Source: Syntrophales bacterium (lineage in GTDB: Bacteria; Desulfobacterota; Syntrophia; Syntrophales; CG2-30-49-12). Taken from it: a stretch of DNA of 64,000 nt. A model generated the notes under the pieces. That model was not told the DNA's origin. It was given only the letters and a program-made list of their open reading frames with translations, and made no database searches. Shown here piece by piece: positions 9,132 through 19,436 of the stretch (its first letter is position 1; the number at the start of each line of letters is the position of its first letter). The position numbers and the translations under genes are program-made. Location: positions 4,988 to 68,987 of the forward strand of contig JASEGZ010000005.1 of NCBI GenBank assembly GCA_030018935.1, written 5' to 3'.

Positions 9132-10160
9132 TTGGAAATAGGAATTCTGGGACTTCCCCGGAGCGGAAAGAGCACCTTGTTCGAAATCATGACTGGCGTA
9201 AAAAGCCATGACAGGCATGATGAATCATGTGTCCGCGGCCTGGCAACAGTCCCCGATGAGCGTTTCAACCATCTCGTTGATGTCTTCTGTCCGGCAAAGG
9301 CGTCTCCTGCCAAAGTGCTATTTATTGACGTCAATGCGGTGGGTGAGGGCGCCTGGAATTCGCTACGTCAGAACTTAAGCGGCACCGACGGCTTACTCCA
9401 CGTGGTGGATGGATTTTCTACCCCCGATGTCCAGGAAGTTGTGAAGCGATACCGAAAGCTTGAGGATGAACTGATATTATCCGATCTTTTAATCGTGGAA
9501 AACCGCTTGGAGAGGCTGGACAGGATGTCGAAAAAGGCCATCCATCCACAGGATGCCTCCCAGTATCAGCTCCTCCAGAGGTTGAAAGAGCAACTCGAAG
9601 GGGGGAAAGCGATCCGGGAATACGGTCTCACCACTGACGAGATCCGTTCCCTGCGGAGCTTTTCCTTCTGGACGATCTCTCCTGAGCTGGTGGTCATCAA
9701 CACGCGAGAGGACAACCCATTTGCCGATAGCTTTCAGGCGCAGGCGAACCTTTCTGTACCTGTTATCGGCATCTGCTGCCCGATCGAAAAGGAGATTGCC
9801 TCTCTGCCACCGGCGGAGCAGAGAGAGTACCTCTCCGTCATGGGTATCGAGGAGCCGGCGTTCAAGCACATTATCCGCATGGCATTTTCGCTACTTGGGT
9901 GTATTTCCTTCTTTACCGTTGCCGGGGATGAGGTGAAATCATGGATGATACTGGCCGGCTCAAAGGCTCTGAAAGCTGCGGGGACCATCCATAAGGATTT
10001 TGAACGGGGATTCATCAAGGCCGAAGTGGTGAGCTATGATGACTTCGTGACCCGCGGTAGTTCGCTTTCCGGCGCCAGGGCCACCGGCAAGCTCCGGCTG
10101 GAAGGAAAAGATTACATCGTCAAAGACGGTGACATTATCACCTTCAGATTCAATGTGTAA
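9132..10160 (+). CDS. ychF: redox-regulated ATPase YchF-like GTP/ATP-binding protein
   Basis: TTG start. P-loop GILGLPRSGKSTLF and a C-terminal TGS-like end LRLEGKDYIVKDGDIITFRFNV. Confidence 0.8.
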   Translation: MEIGILGLPRSGKSTLFEIMTGVKSHDRHDESCVRGLATVPDERFNHLVDVFCPAKASPAKVLFIDVNAVGEGAWNSLRQNLSGTDGLLHVVDGFSTPDVQEVVKRYRKLEDELILSDLLIVENRLERLDRMSKKAIHPQDASQYQLLQRLKEQLEGGKAIREYGLTTDEIRSLRSFSFWTISPELVVINTREDNPFADSFQAQANLSVPVIGICCPIEKEIASLPPAEQREYLSVMGIEEPAFKHIIRMAFSLLGCISFFTVAGDEVKSWMILAGSKALKAAGTIHKDFERGFIKAEVVSYDDFVTRGSSLSGARATGKLRLEGKDYIVKDGDIITFRFNV

Positions 10161-10447
10161 CAGAGAAACGGGTACCCCTCTCTGGTCATGTCATCAACAC
10201 TCACCAAACAATGCCGTGATCTGTGAGAGGAAGGATTCACGGTCATCCATTTAACGTTGAATGATAAAATATTACATTGTGTCACGAGATCGTCTTACCC
10301 TCCCTGAAAAAAATCTTTCCCCTCCTGATCGGACCTGTCTGAATTTCTTCTGTACACCCAACCCCTTGTCCTGGACCTTTATTCTTTTACTATAAGTGTA
10401 CATCAACGGGCAATTAAGTATTTTCTGTGATCACCCTTTCAATGAAA

Positions 10448-10587
10448 GTAAGCGTTCAGCTATCAGCTTTCAGCGAAAACAAAAAGATACAAAGAGAAGT
10501 CCACTGCTCCCAAGACAAGTTTTCATACGTAAGTTTCTGTCTTGACTTGTCTTACTGACCGCTGATCGCTGACGGCTGAACGCTTGC
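10448..10587. repeat. family B palindromic element (GTAAGCGTTCAGCTATCAGC ... GCTGATCGCTGACGGCTGAACGCTTGC) with an enlarged core
   Basis: The arms match the copies at 52174-52265 and 57239-57323. The core carries about 60 bp extra relative to those copies. Confidence 0.85.
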
Positions 10588-10657
10588 CAATTGCGGCATT
10601 ATCTGTTATGGAAGAGAACAATTTTGGGTCATAAAATCACGCTTGGGGAGGAAAGGG

Positions 10658-11422
10658 ATGAGCAACATTACGTACGGTCTTGAAGACATGGTTACCGTTG
10701 TGACGGGGGGAAGCCGGGGGATTGGCCTGGAAATAACGAGGCATCTCCTCCGGGAAAAGGCGAAGGTTGTTATCTGTGGCAGAAAACAGGAAGGTCTTGA
10801 TGCCGCCGTTTCTCACTTAGGTGGCGGGGATAATCTTCTCGCTGTTCAGGCCCACATCGTCAAAGAGAGTGATGTCGAAAATCTCTTTGATACCACTGTC
10901 GAACGCTATGACAAACTGGATATCCTGATTAATAACGTAGGGATGAACCTGCCGACCAAATCCGTTGTGGATACAGAGCTTCCCGTGTGGAACAAAATTC
11001 TTGAGGGGAATCTCACCGGGACATTCCTCTGTTCCCGAAAGGCAGCAGGAATTATGAAAAAAAACAAGCATGGAAAGATAGTCAACATTTCATCCCTCGC
11101 CGGGACTAAGGCCTCACCTGGTATGGGGATTTATGGAATTGCGAAAGCGGGTGTCGAGATGCTGACCAAGGTCCTGGCCGTTGAGCTTGCACCTTTCAAT
11201 ATCCAGGTCAACGCAGTGGCGCCGGGTCTGGTAAGAACAGCGTTCAGCAAGCCCTTCTGGTCTAACCAGACTATCTACGAGCAGATTATCAAATCCATTC
11301 CCGCGGGGCGTATTGCCGAGCCAGCAGATGTGGTTTACCCTGTTCTGTTTTTGTGTTCCCATCATTCAGACTATATTACGGGGCACACGATTGTGGTAAG
11401 TGGAGGTTCTGCAGCTATGTAA
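10658..11422 (+). CDS. SDR family oxidoreductase (FabG-like)
   Basis: VTGGSRGIG Rossmann motif, NNVG, and YGIAK (YxxxK). ATG at 10658 follows ggaggaaaggg; the ORF track starts at 10643. Confidence 0.85.
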   Translation: MSNITYGLEDMVTVVTGGSRGIGLEITRHLLREKAKVVICGRKQEGLDAAVSHLGGGDNLLAVQAHIVKESDVENLFDTTVERYDKLDILINNVGMNLPTKSVVDTELPVWNKILEGNLTGTFLCSRKAAGIMKKNKHGKIVNISSLAGTKASPGMGIYGIAKAGVEMLTKVLAVELAPFNIQVNAVAPGLVRTAFSKPFWSNQTIYEQIIKSIPAGRIAEPADVVYPVLFLCSHHSDYITGHTIVVSGGSAAM

Positions 11423-11595
11423 CCCATAATGATTCAGGTTCTGTAGTAGCCGTCCTGATCGTGGCAGAAAACAAGGTGTCCACTTTTTCATTGACACACA
11501 AGGGCCTTTCCCTTATATTCGCCTCGGTAGTAGGAAGTTACCTGTCGGTCTTGGGAAAACCATCATAGCATCATAGTAATTGAGAGAAAAGAGAC

Positions 11596-12411
11596 TTGAC
11601 CAGCGCCACATTATTCGGTGATACCCCAAAGTTGGTTTTTATGGTTAATCTGATTCAAAGATTGGGAAATTTTGTCATTACGTTTGTGGAAAAGCTGGGG
11701 AAAACGGGTGTTTTTCTGGGAACAGCAATTTTCTGGACCTTCATCCCTCCCCTGAAGATTGGAAGGATCATCAAGCAGATCAGCTTTATCGGTGTAAAAT
11801 CTTCTTTCATCGTAATCCTTACGGGGAGTTTCACAGGGATGGTTCTGACACTGCAAACGTATTACGGGATGGAGAAATTCGGTGCGGAAGCCCTCCTTGG
11901 TCCGACCGTCGCTCTTGCGCTGATTAGGGAACTGGGGCCGGTCCTCTCAGCTTTAATGGTAACGGGGAGGGCGGGATCAGCCATAGCAGCAGAAATAGGA
12001 ATTATGAGAATCACCGAGCAGATTGACGCCCTGGAAGTCATGGCCCTGAATCCTTACCGGTACCTGATTGTTCCCAACATCCTGGCCGGGATCATCACTT
12101 TTCCTCTACTGGCCTCCATCTTCAATGTGGTGGGAATTCTGGGAGGTTATCTGGTAGGCGTTAAACTTCTCGGTGTCAGTCAAGGTGCTTATTTTGGAGA
12201 AATGGTCAACTTTCTCGACATGAAAGATATTACCATTGGACTATACAAATCGTTGAGTTTCGGATTAATCGTAACCTGGATATGCTGCTATCAGGGATTT
12301 ACGACAAGTTACGGCGCGGAGGGAGTCAGCAAGGCCACTACCGGCGCAGTGGTTACCTCCTCCGTACTGATCCTCGTATGGGATTATTTCCTGACATCGG
12401 TGTTACTCTAA
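11596..12411 (+). CDS. mlaE: phospholipid/toluene-tolerance ABC transporter permease MlaE
   Basis: Multi-TM protein with the LIRELGPVLSALMVTGRAGSAIAAEIG motif typical of MlaE. The start is uncertain (TTG 11596 or ATG 11641). Confidence 0.85.
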   Translation: MTSATLFGDTPKLVFMVNLIQRLGNFVITFVEKLGKTGVFLGTAIFWTFIPPLKIGRIIKQISFIGVKSSFIVILTGSFTGMVLTLQTYYGMEKFGAEALLGPTVALALIRELGPVLSALMVTGRAGSAIAAEIGIMRITEQIDALEVMALNPYRYLIVPNILAGIITFPLLASIFNVVGILGGYLVGVKLLGVSQGAYFGEMVNFLDMKDITIGLYKSLSFGLIVTWICCYQGFTTSYGAEGVSKATTGAVVTSSVLILVWDYFLTSVLL

Positions 12412-12412
12412 A

Positions 12413-13150
12413 ATGATCGAAGTAATTGATCTCCATAAGTCATTAAATGGCACTGAGGTGTTAAAAGGGATCACTTTCAAGGTGGGAAAAGGAGAAATCC
12501 TGGCCTTGATCGGTAAAAGTGGTCATGGAAAATCTGTTTTATTAAAGCACGTTGTCGGCCTCATGAGGGCTGAATGTGGTAAGGTCCTCATTAACGGAGA
12601 GGATATTGGTCAAAGCCGCGGGCCAGCGAGAGAGCAACTGCGAAAAAAAATCGGTTTTCTTTTCCAGGGAGGGGCGCTCTTTGATTCTGTAAATGTGTTT
12701 GACAATGTAGCCTTTCCCCTGCGAGAAAAAACCCGCCTGAGAAAAGATAAAATAGGAGAAAGGGTTCTCTTTGAATTAGCCCAGGTCGGTTTATTGGAGG
12801 TGGAGAGTAAATTTCCCGCCGAGTTAAGCGGGGGAATGAAAAAAAGGGTGGCCCTTGCCCGTTGCCTCATCATGGACCCGGAGATTATGCTCTTCGATGA
12901 ACCGACAACCGGCCTTGATCCTGCAACAGCCAGGTCTATAAACAAGCTTATCAGGGAAACCCATGAGCGGCTGAAATTCACCGGTATTATCATTACCCAC
13001 GACATTTACCAGATCCTTGCCATCGTCCAGAAAATCGCCATACTTAATGAGGGAAAGATAGAGGTCATCGGAACCCCGGCGGAGATTAAAACATCGGCAG
13101 ATCCTTTGGTAAGACAATTTTTCCAGGAAATTCCTTTGGAGCCTTTATGA
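12413..13150 (+). CDS. mlaF: ABC transporter ATP-binding protein MlaF
   Basis: Walker A GKSGHGKS, signature LSGGMKKR, Walker B MLFDEPT. Confidence 0.9.
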   Translation: MIEVIDLHKSLNGTEVLKGITFKVGKGEILALIGKSGHGKSVLLKHVVGLMRAECGKVLINGEDIGQSRGPAREQLRKKIGFLFQGGALFDSVNVFDNVAFPLREKTRLRKDKIGERVLFELAQVGLLEVESKFPAELSGGMKKRVALARCLIMDPEIMLFDEPTTGLDPATARSINKLIRETHERLKFTGIIITHDIYQILAIVQKIAILNEGKIEVIGTPAEIKTSADPLVRQFFQEIPLEPL

Positions 13151-13249
13151 ATGAAAGGTCTTATTTTGGAAACAAAGATATCTTCATCCCTAAGTGGCGC
13201 TCTGAAGGGGGGGATGAGGGTTTATTCAGAATAAGGGGAGGGGGACATC

Positions 13250-13714
13250 ATGAAAAGATTTAACCTGGAGTTTCAGGTGGGGATATTTTTCCTTGTAGGT
13301 ATCGCCTGCCTGGCTTATCTCTCTGTTAAATTGGGAAAACTTGATATCACGGGCGGTAAAGGAACGGTTCTCTACGCAGTGTTTACCAATGTGGGAGGTC
13401 TCAAGGACGGGGCGGAAGTCCAGATCGCCGGGGTAAACATCGGCAGGGTCAAGGGAATTGTCCTTGATGATTATCAGGCCAGGGTAAAGCTCCAGATCAC
13501 GTCCAACGTCCAGATACAAGACGACGCCATTGCCGCGATAAAAACCAAGGGACTGGTCGGTGAAAAGTATATAGAAATAACACCCGGCAGTTCGGATACC
13601 ATAATTTCCGCTGGAGGTAAAATCCAGGAAACGCTTGCTCCCTTTGACCTTGAAAAAACCATCTCCAAATTTATTTTTGGAAAGGTGTCCGACGGGGAGA
13701 AAGAGAAAGAGTGA
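13250..13714 (+). CDS. mlaD: MCE-domain protein MlaD
   Basis: N-terminal TM segment followed by an MCE-like region (GLKDGAEVQIAGVNIGRV). Sits within the mla cluster. Confidence 0.8.
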   Translation: MKRFNLEFQVGIFFLVGIACLAYLSVKLGKLDITGGKGTVLYAVFTNVGGLKDGAEVQIAGVNIGRVKGIVLDDYQARVKLQITSNVQIQDDAIAAIKTKGLVGEKYIEITPGSSDTIISAGGKIQETLAPFDLEKTISKFIFGKVSDGEKEKE

Positions 13715-14697
13715 AGCAATTGGACTTTCTCAAGCTGCTAACCGGGGCGGCAATATTGGTTCTTTTTGCCTCTATTTTCCCCCAGTATGCCCAATCATCG
13801 CCTCCCCAGGAAGATGTTTTGGTCGAGGCAACAGAGGGGGGCAGGGAAGATGTCCAGAGGACGGAAGCTGTTGCCGATCCACCTCAAACTGAGGCACAGC
13901 AGGATGTTGAAAGTGTTGAAACCCCCGATAAAAACACCGCGCCAGAGGTAAAAACTTCCGATACTGCGAAAGCTGAAACCCCGTCGGCTGTAAAATCTGG
14001 GGAAACCGCTGATGAAGGCGCAGAAGAGGTAGGGGAAGAGGAGGAAATAGAAAGGGAGATAGAAATTATCCCCGATCCTTTAAAATCATTTAATCATCTT
14101 ATGTTCCGGTTCAATGACAAGCTATATTTCTATTTTTTAAAGCCCATTGCCAGGGGTTATAAGGCCGTTTTACCGGAAAAGGTAAGATTGTCCGTGCGGA
14201 ATGCGCTTTCAAACATTGCCACACCTGTGCGTTTCATAAATTGTACACTCCAGGGAAAGTTGAAAAGCGCGGGGACTGAACTGGCCAGGTTTCTCGTCAA
14301 TACAACGTGGGGGGTATTAGGTCTCTTTGATCCGGCCAAAAACTATTTCCATCTGGAAAAAGCCCAGGAGGACTTTGGCCAAACTTTAGGTAAGTATGGC
14401 ATAAAAGAGGGATTTTATATTATTTGGCCATTCTTTGGACCTTCTAATGTTCGGGATACGATCGGTATGGCGGGTGATTTTTTTGCCGATCCCTTATTTT
14501 ATATAAATCCTCGTACGGATCTGGGATTTGTTGAGGTGAACACAACTTACCCCACCATCGGAACCGCGACAGACAAACTCAATGAAACTTCCTTAACGCT
14601 CGGTACGTATGAGGAATTTAAGGAGTCTGCCATTGATCCTTATGTTTCCACGCGTAATGCCTACTTCGAATATCGAAGAAACCAGATAAAGAAGTAA
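13711..14697 (+). CDS. mlaA: MlaA/VacJ family lipoprotein with a long acidic N-terminal extension
   Basis: GTG start overlapping the mlaD stop. The core NHLMFRFNDKLYFYFLKPIARGY...RFINCTLQGK is VacJ-like. aa 30-115 are E/T/A-rich low complexity. Confidence 0.8.
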   Translation: MKQLDFLKLLTGAAILVLFASIFPQYAQSSPPQEDVLVEATEGGREDVQRTEAVADPPQTEAQQDVESVETPDKNTAPEVKTSDTAKAETPSAVKSGETADEGAEEVGEEEEIEREIEIIPDPLKSFNHLMFRFNDKLYFYFLKPIARGYKAVLPEKVRLSVRNALSNIATPVRFINCTLQGKLKSAGTELARFLVNTTWGVLGLFDPAKNYFHLEKAQEDFGQTLGKYGIKEGFYIIWPFFGPSNVRDTIGMAGDFFADPLFYINPRTDLGFVEVNTTYPTIGTATDKLNETSLTLGTYEEFKESAIDPYVSTRNAYFEYRRNQIKK

Positions 14698-14729
14698 CCT
14701 TGCTTGACTGATTTGCAAAAAGGAGAAAA

Positions 14730-15323
14730 ATGATAATGAAAATTACAAAATATCTTTTTGTTGGCCTGATCACGCTTTTAATATCTCTGGCGCTGGTGGT
14801 TTCTTCCTGGGCAACAGGTCCAACAGAACAGATCAAGGCAAAAGCCGATCTGGTCGTGAAGATTTTAAATGATCCCGCCTTGCAGAACAGAAAAGAAAAA
14901 CGCAAAGAATTGGTAATGGATATCGTTGAGGACATGATTGACTGGCAGGAAGTCTCCAAGAGGGCGCTGGCATTGCACTGGAAAAAACGGACCCCCCAGG
15001 AAAAAGAGGAATTCATTAATTTATTCCGTGATCTCTTGAAACGATCCTACAGCGAGAAACTGGATATCTATTCAGGTGAGCAAATTGTCTATGAAAATGA
15101 AACCATTGATGGGAATCGGGCTGTCGTCAAGACCAAGGTCATCAACAAGAAAAAGGGAACGGAAGCCACAGTAGAGTACCGTATGCTCAAAAAAGGAGAG
15201 CAGTGGCTTGCCTATGATATGGTTATTGAAGGAATAAGTGCGGTAAACAATTACCGAGTCCAATTCAATGAGATCATCGCTTCTTCATCTTATGACGCAT
15301 TGGTCAAGAAGATGAAAAACTAA
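14730..15323 (+). CDS. mlaC: MlaC/Ttg2D-like periplasmic lipid-binding protein
   Basis: Signal peptide, size near 197 aa, position at the end of the mla cluster, and the ...YRMLKKGEQWLAYDMVIEGIS motif. Confidence 0.75.
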   Translation: MIMKITKYLFVGLITLLISLALVVSSWATGPTEQIKAKADLVVKILNDPALQNRKEKRKELVMDIVEDMIDWQEVSKRALALHWKKRTPQEKEEFINLFRDLLKRSYSEKLDIYSGEQIVYENETIDGNRAVVKTKVINKKKGTEATVEYRMLKKGEQWLAYDMVIEGISAVNNYRVQFNEIIASSSYDALVKKMKN

Positions 15324-15350
15324 GGAACTTGAGAAAAGAGGAGGAAAAAC

Positions 15351-17006
15351 ATGGGAAAAAACATTCGAGAAGACCAGGAACGCTGGGAAAAGACAACGCT
15401 GAATAAAGTCCTCACAAAGGCAAAGGAGAGAGAGGCTGTATTTAAAACTACTTCTCAGATCGAGATGGAGCGATTATATACGTCCCTTGATACGGATGAT
15501 ACTGACTACTGCCGTGATCTGGGATTCCCCGGGGAATACCCATTCACCCGAGGGGTACAGCCTACGATGTACCGGGGCCGCTTCTGGACGATGCGGCAGT
15601 ATGCGGGGTTTGCCACAGCGGAGGAGACAAACAAACGTTACAAGTATCTTCTTGACCACGGACAGACAGGCTTAAGCGTGGCCTTCGACCTCCCCACGCA
15701 GATCGGATACGATTCCGATCATCCTCTCGCTAGAGGGGAAGTGGGAAAGGTCGGTGTTGCCATTGATACCTTGAAAGATATGGAGATCCTCTTCGACGGC
15801 ATCCCCCTCGATAAGGTTTCGACTTCAATGACGATCAACTCCACCGCGGCCATCCTCCTGGCGATGTACATCGGCGTGGCGGAAAAACAGGGGGTCAAGG
15901 CGGAAGTTTTACAGGGAACGATCCAGAACGATATCCTCAAAGAATATGCCGCCCGAGGGACACACATCTTCCCGCCCCTTCCCTCGATGCGTATTATCAC
16001 AGACATCTTCGCTTATTGTAAGGACCACATCCCCCGGTGGAATACCATCAGCATCAGCGGTTATCACATACGCGAGGCGGGTTCCTCCGCTGTTCAGGAA
16101 GTGGCCTTCACCCTAACAGATGGCATCGCCTACGTGGAGGCGGCTATAAAGGCGGGTCTTGATGTAGATTCCTTTGCCTCCAGGCTCTCTTTCTTTTTCA
16201 ACTCTCACAACAATTTCCTCGAAGAAATTGCCAAATTCAGGGCAGCCCGAAGACTCTGGGCAAAAATCATGAGAGAGCGCTTTGGGGCAAAAAGGGACGA
16301 ATCATGTATGTTAAGATTTCATACCCAGACGGCGGGCTGTACACTCACGGCACAGCAACCCGATAACAATGTAGTGCGGGTTGCCTTTCAGGCCCTGGCT
16401 GCCGTGTTAGGCGGAACACAGTCGCTTCACACCAATTCAAGAGATGAAGCTTTCGCTTTGCCCTCTGAAGACGCTGTGACGATTGCTCTGAGAACACAGC
16501 AAGTCATTGCCTATGAGAGTGGCGTTGCCGATATGGTGGATCCCCTGGGAGGCTCCTATGCCCTGGAAGTCCTCACAAATGAAATAGAGAAAAAAGCTAT
16601 GGAATATATCGAAAAGATAGACAGCATGGGCGGCGCCATAAAAGCCATCGAAGCAGGTTACATCCAACAAGAGATTGGAGATAGCGCTTATCAATATCAG
16701 AAAGAGATCGAAGCAAAGAAACGGATTATCGTTGGGGTCAACCAATTCCAGGTGAAGGAAGAACCCCTCCAGAATATCCTCCGTGTCAGTCCTGAAGTGG
16801 AGAAATACCAGCGGGAAAAGCTCTCCAGAATAAAGAAGGAAAGGGACCAGGGCAAGGTAAAGGATGCCTTGGCTGTTCTCAAGAAAACAGCCGAAGGAAC
16901 GGAAAATCTGCTTCCTCCTATCTTAGAGGCGGTCAATGCCTACGCCTCCCTGGGAGAGATTTCAGATACTTTGAGAGAGGTCTTTGGGGAGTACAGGGAA
17001 AGCTAA
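15351..17006 (+). CDS. methylmalonyl-CoA mutase, catalytic (large) subunit
   Basis: [53 protein letters not shown] and [10 protein letters not shown] match canonical MCM motifs. Confidence 0.93.
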   Translation: MGKNIREDQERWEKTTLNKVLTKAKEREAVFKTTSQIEMERLYTSLDTDDTDYCRDLGFPGEYPFTRGVQPTMYRGRFWTMRQYAGFATAEETNKRYKYLLDHGQTGLSVAFDLPTQIGYDSDHPLARGEVGKVGVAIDTLKDMEILFDGIPLDKVSTSMTINSTAAILLAMYIGVAEKQGVKAEVLQGTIQNDILKEYAARGTHIFPPLPSMRIITDIFAYCKDHIPRWNTISISGYHIREAGSSAVQEVAFTLTDGIAYVEAAIKAGLDVDSFASRLSFFFNSHNNFLEEIAKFRAARRLWAKIMRERFGAKRDESCMLRFHTQTAGCTLTAQQPDNNVVRVAFQALAAVLGGTQSLHTNSRDEAFALPSEDAVTIALRTQQVIAYESGVADMVDPLGGSYALEVLTNEIEKKAMEYIEKIDSMGGAIKAIEAGYIQQEIGDSAYQYQKEIEAKKRIIVGVNQFQVKEEPLQNILRVSPEVEKYQREKLSRIKKERDQGKVKDALAVLKKTAEGTENLLPPILEAVNAYASLGEISDTLREVFGEYRES

Positions 17007-17043
17007 AAATTCTAAATTTAAAATTTAGTATCAAGGAGGTTTT

Positions 17044-17442
17044 ATGTCTCGAAAGATTCGTGTGCTTCTTGCAAAACCGGGATTGGATGGTCACGACAGG
17101 GGGGTGAAGGTTATTGCCCGTGCTCTAAGAGACGCAGGGATGGAGGTGATCTACACGGGAATCCGTCAGACCCCTGAACAGATTGCAAATGCTGCTATTC
17201 AGGAGGGAGTTGATATTGTAGGCCTTTCCTGTCTCTCTGGCGCCCACAATCACCTCTTCCCAAAGGTGACCCAGGTTCTAAAAGAAAAAGGGGCCGAGGA
17301 TATTCCCGTCATGGGGGGAGGCATCATCCCGGGTGAGGATATTTCAGAATTAAAAAAAGCTGGAATCAGGGTGATATTTCAACCAGGTACATCTACGGAA
17401 GATATCATTAAATACATCGCCGAAACTGTGAGGCTATCCTGA
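17044..17442 (+). CDS. methylmalonyl-CoA mutase, B12-binding (small) subunit
   Basis: [10 protein letters not shown] (DxHxxG), SCLSGAH and GGGIIP are B12-binding domain motifs. Confidence 0.93.
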   Translation: MSRKIRVLLAKPGLDGHDRGVKVIARALRDAGMEVIYTGIRQTPEQIANAAIQEGVDIVGLSCLSGAHNHLFPKVTQVLKEKGAEDIPVMGGGIIPGEDISELKKAGIRVIFQPGTSTEDIIKYIAETVRLS

Positions 17443-17492
17443 ATTGCAGGTCCTGAATCGCCAGTAATTGACAAGGAAGAAGTAGAAAGACG

Positions 17493-18332
17493 ATGAGAAA
17501 GATCAATGTAAGGTTAATTACCGAAAAGATTAGAAGACTTTGTATAGAGGCCAGTATCGTTCTCAGTGATGAGATGCTTGAAGCCTTCGACCAGGCGATA
17601 GAAAAGGAAGAATCCCCTCTTGGATTAGTTATACTGAAAGCATTAAAGGAGAATGCCCGCATCGCGCGAGAAGAGAGAATACCCATCTGCCAGGATACAG
17701 GGTTTGCCGTTGTATTCATCGAGTTAGGACAGGATGTTCATCTGATGGGAGGTGATCTGAAAGAGGCCATCCAGGAAGGTGTGCGACAGGGATACCAAGA
17801 TGGATACTTAAGGAAGTCAATTTGTCATCCCTTAACGCGGGTAAATACTGGAGATAATACGCCTGCCGTTATACATATGGACATTGTTCCCGGAGATAGA
17901 ATCAAGATCACAGTGGCGCCCAAAGGGGGTGGCAGCGAGAACATGAGCCGGGTGGCGATGCTTACCCCGGCAGAGGGGATAGAGGGTATCAAAAACTATG
18001 TTATCCAAAGGGTAAAAGAGTCGGGGCCTAATCCCTGTCCCCCTGTCATTGCCGGAGTCGGAATTGGGGGGACCTTTGAGCGGGCAGCTCTCCTTGCCAA
18101 GAAGAGTTTGCTGAGGCCCCTGGGGAGTAAAAATCCCAATCCAGAATTAGAAAAATTAGAAGAAGAAATATTAACTGGAATTAATAAACTTGGCATCGGT
18201 CCACAGGGAGCTGGTGGCAGGGTCACGGCGCTTGCGGTTCATATATTAATGATGCCGTGCCATTACGCCAGCCTACCTGTGGCAGTGAATATTCAGTGCC
18301 ACGCACACAGATACAGAGAAACCGTAATTTAA
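17493..18332 (+). CDS. class I (Fe-S) fumarate hydratase, alpha/N-terminal subunit
   Basis: PICQDTG...APKGGGSEN...GVGIGGT are typical of the fumarase/tartrate dehydratase alpha subunit. Confidence 0.9.
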   Translation: MRKINVRLITEKIRRLCIEASIVLSDEMLEAFDQAIEKEESPLGLVILKALKENARIAREERIPICQDTGFAVVFIELGQDVHLMGGDLKEAIQEGVRQGYQDGYLRKSICHPLTRVNTGDNTPAVIHMDIVPGDRIKITVAPKGGGSENMSRVAMLTPAEGIEGIKNYVIQRVKESGPNPCPPVIAGVGIGGTFERAALLAKKSLLRPLGSKNPNPELEKLEEEILTGINKLGIGPQGAGGRVTALAVHILMMPCHYASLPVAVNIQCHAHRYRETVI

Positions 18333-18335
18333 CAT

Positions 18336-18395
18336 GGTTCGTAAAACATAAGTCGTAAGACATAAGACATAAGACAAAGGGGTATAGGGGTATAG
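18336..18395. repeat. family A-related short repeat block (cataagtcgtaagacataagacataagac, then ggggtata x2)
   Basis: Read directly. It fills the spacer between the two fumarase subunit genes. Confidence 0.75.
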
Positions 18396-18950
18396 ATGAG
18401 CGAATTAATTCGTTTACAAGCGCCACTTTCCAACGAGGATGTAGAGAAATTAAAAATCGGAGATCGGGTACTGATCAGCGGTATCGTTTACACGGCCAGG
18501 GATTCCGCCCATAAAAGACTCTTTGATTTATTGAAGAACGGTCAGGAACTTCCTTTCGATATCAGATATCAGATTATCTATTATGTCACCCCCACACCTA
18601 CAAAACCGGGGAGAATCTTCGGCTCGGCAGGTCCCACAAGCAGTTATCGTATGGATTACTATACCCCTGCCCTGCTTGAGAAAGGCCTGAAAGGGATGAT
18701 TGGAAAGGGTATGCGATCCGATGCAGTCAAAGAGGCAATAAAAAGATATAAAGCGGTCTACTTTGTCGCCATCGGGGGCGCTGGCGCCCTTTTGAGCAAG
18801 CGGGTCAAGAAAGAGGAGATCATAGCATATGAGGAGGGACCAGGGACGATACGAAGATTGGAGGTGGAGGACTTTCCTGTGATTGTGGTCAATGATGTTA
18901 ATGGAAACGATCTTTATGTCGAGGGTCAAAAAAAATACCACTTAGAATAA
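18396..18950 (+). CDS. class I fumarate hydratase, beta/C-terminal subunit
   Basis: [21 protein letters not shown]...GPTSSYRMD...GKG are typical of the beta subunit. Confidence 0.9.
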   Translation: MSELIRLQAPLSNEDVEKLKIGDRVLISGIVYTARDSAHKRLFDLLKNGQELPFDIRYQIIYYVTPTPTKPGRIFGSAGPTSSYRMDYYTPALLEKGLKGMIGKGMRSDAVKEAIKRYKAVYFVAIGGAGALLSKRVKKEEIIAYEEGPGTIRRLEVEDFPVIVVNDVNGNDLYVEGQKKYHLE

Positions 18951-19240
18951 TACTACTCCGACAGATATAAGGGAACTGGGGCTGGATCATTTTGAGGGAC
19001 GCTCCTGGCAGGGCTGGCATCATCATGTCACCCTTGTTGCCATGGCCTATGCCTTTCTCATGCTTGAACGCATCGGCAATAAAAAAAATTTCTGGATTGA
19101 CCTTGCCGGCTGTCCGCCGCTGGCTCCAGAAACTATTGCTCATGTACACCGGCATATGCCCAACCTGCGGTAAGAAAATTCGAGGGAAAAAAGAAAACAT
19201 TGTTACCTATGATGACTCTTACTACTTAACGTAGTAGTAC
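18951..19240 (+). mobile_element. internally deleted IS701/IS4-like transposase remnant (C-terminal about 90 codons, frameshifted)
   Basis: Translation gives [33 protein letters not shown], then after an A8 run the sense continues in another frame ([14 protein letters not shown]...CPTCGKK). Possible terminal inverted repeats are tactactccg (18951) and cgtagtagta (about 19231). Confidence 0.7.
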
Positions 19241-19360
19241 TAAAGTTAAGGTAAGATTCCTCAACTTTAGTTTACTTTAGTCATTTTAGCTCGCTTCAAA
19301 CTTCACACTCATCTTTTTTTTTCTTGCTTATATCTATATACGGTAGTATATTTAAAAGCA

Positions 19361-19376
19361 GTTCAATATATTGAGT
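19361..19376 (+). promoter_or_regulatory. candidate NrdR box upstream of nrdD
   Basis: The central CAATATATTG of gttCAATATATTGagt matches the palindromic NrdR-box core as I remember it. A weaker box (tatCTATATAcgGtag) lies about 30 bp upstream. Confidence 0.35.
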
Positions 19377-19436
19377 TTTGCATATTGTAAAAGAGATAAA
19401 AATTTTCTCGTTATGAGGAGAGGAGGGAAAGTTTTC

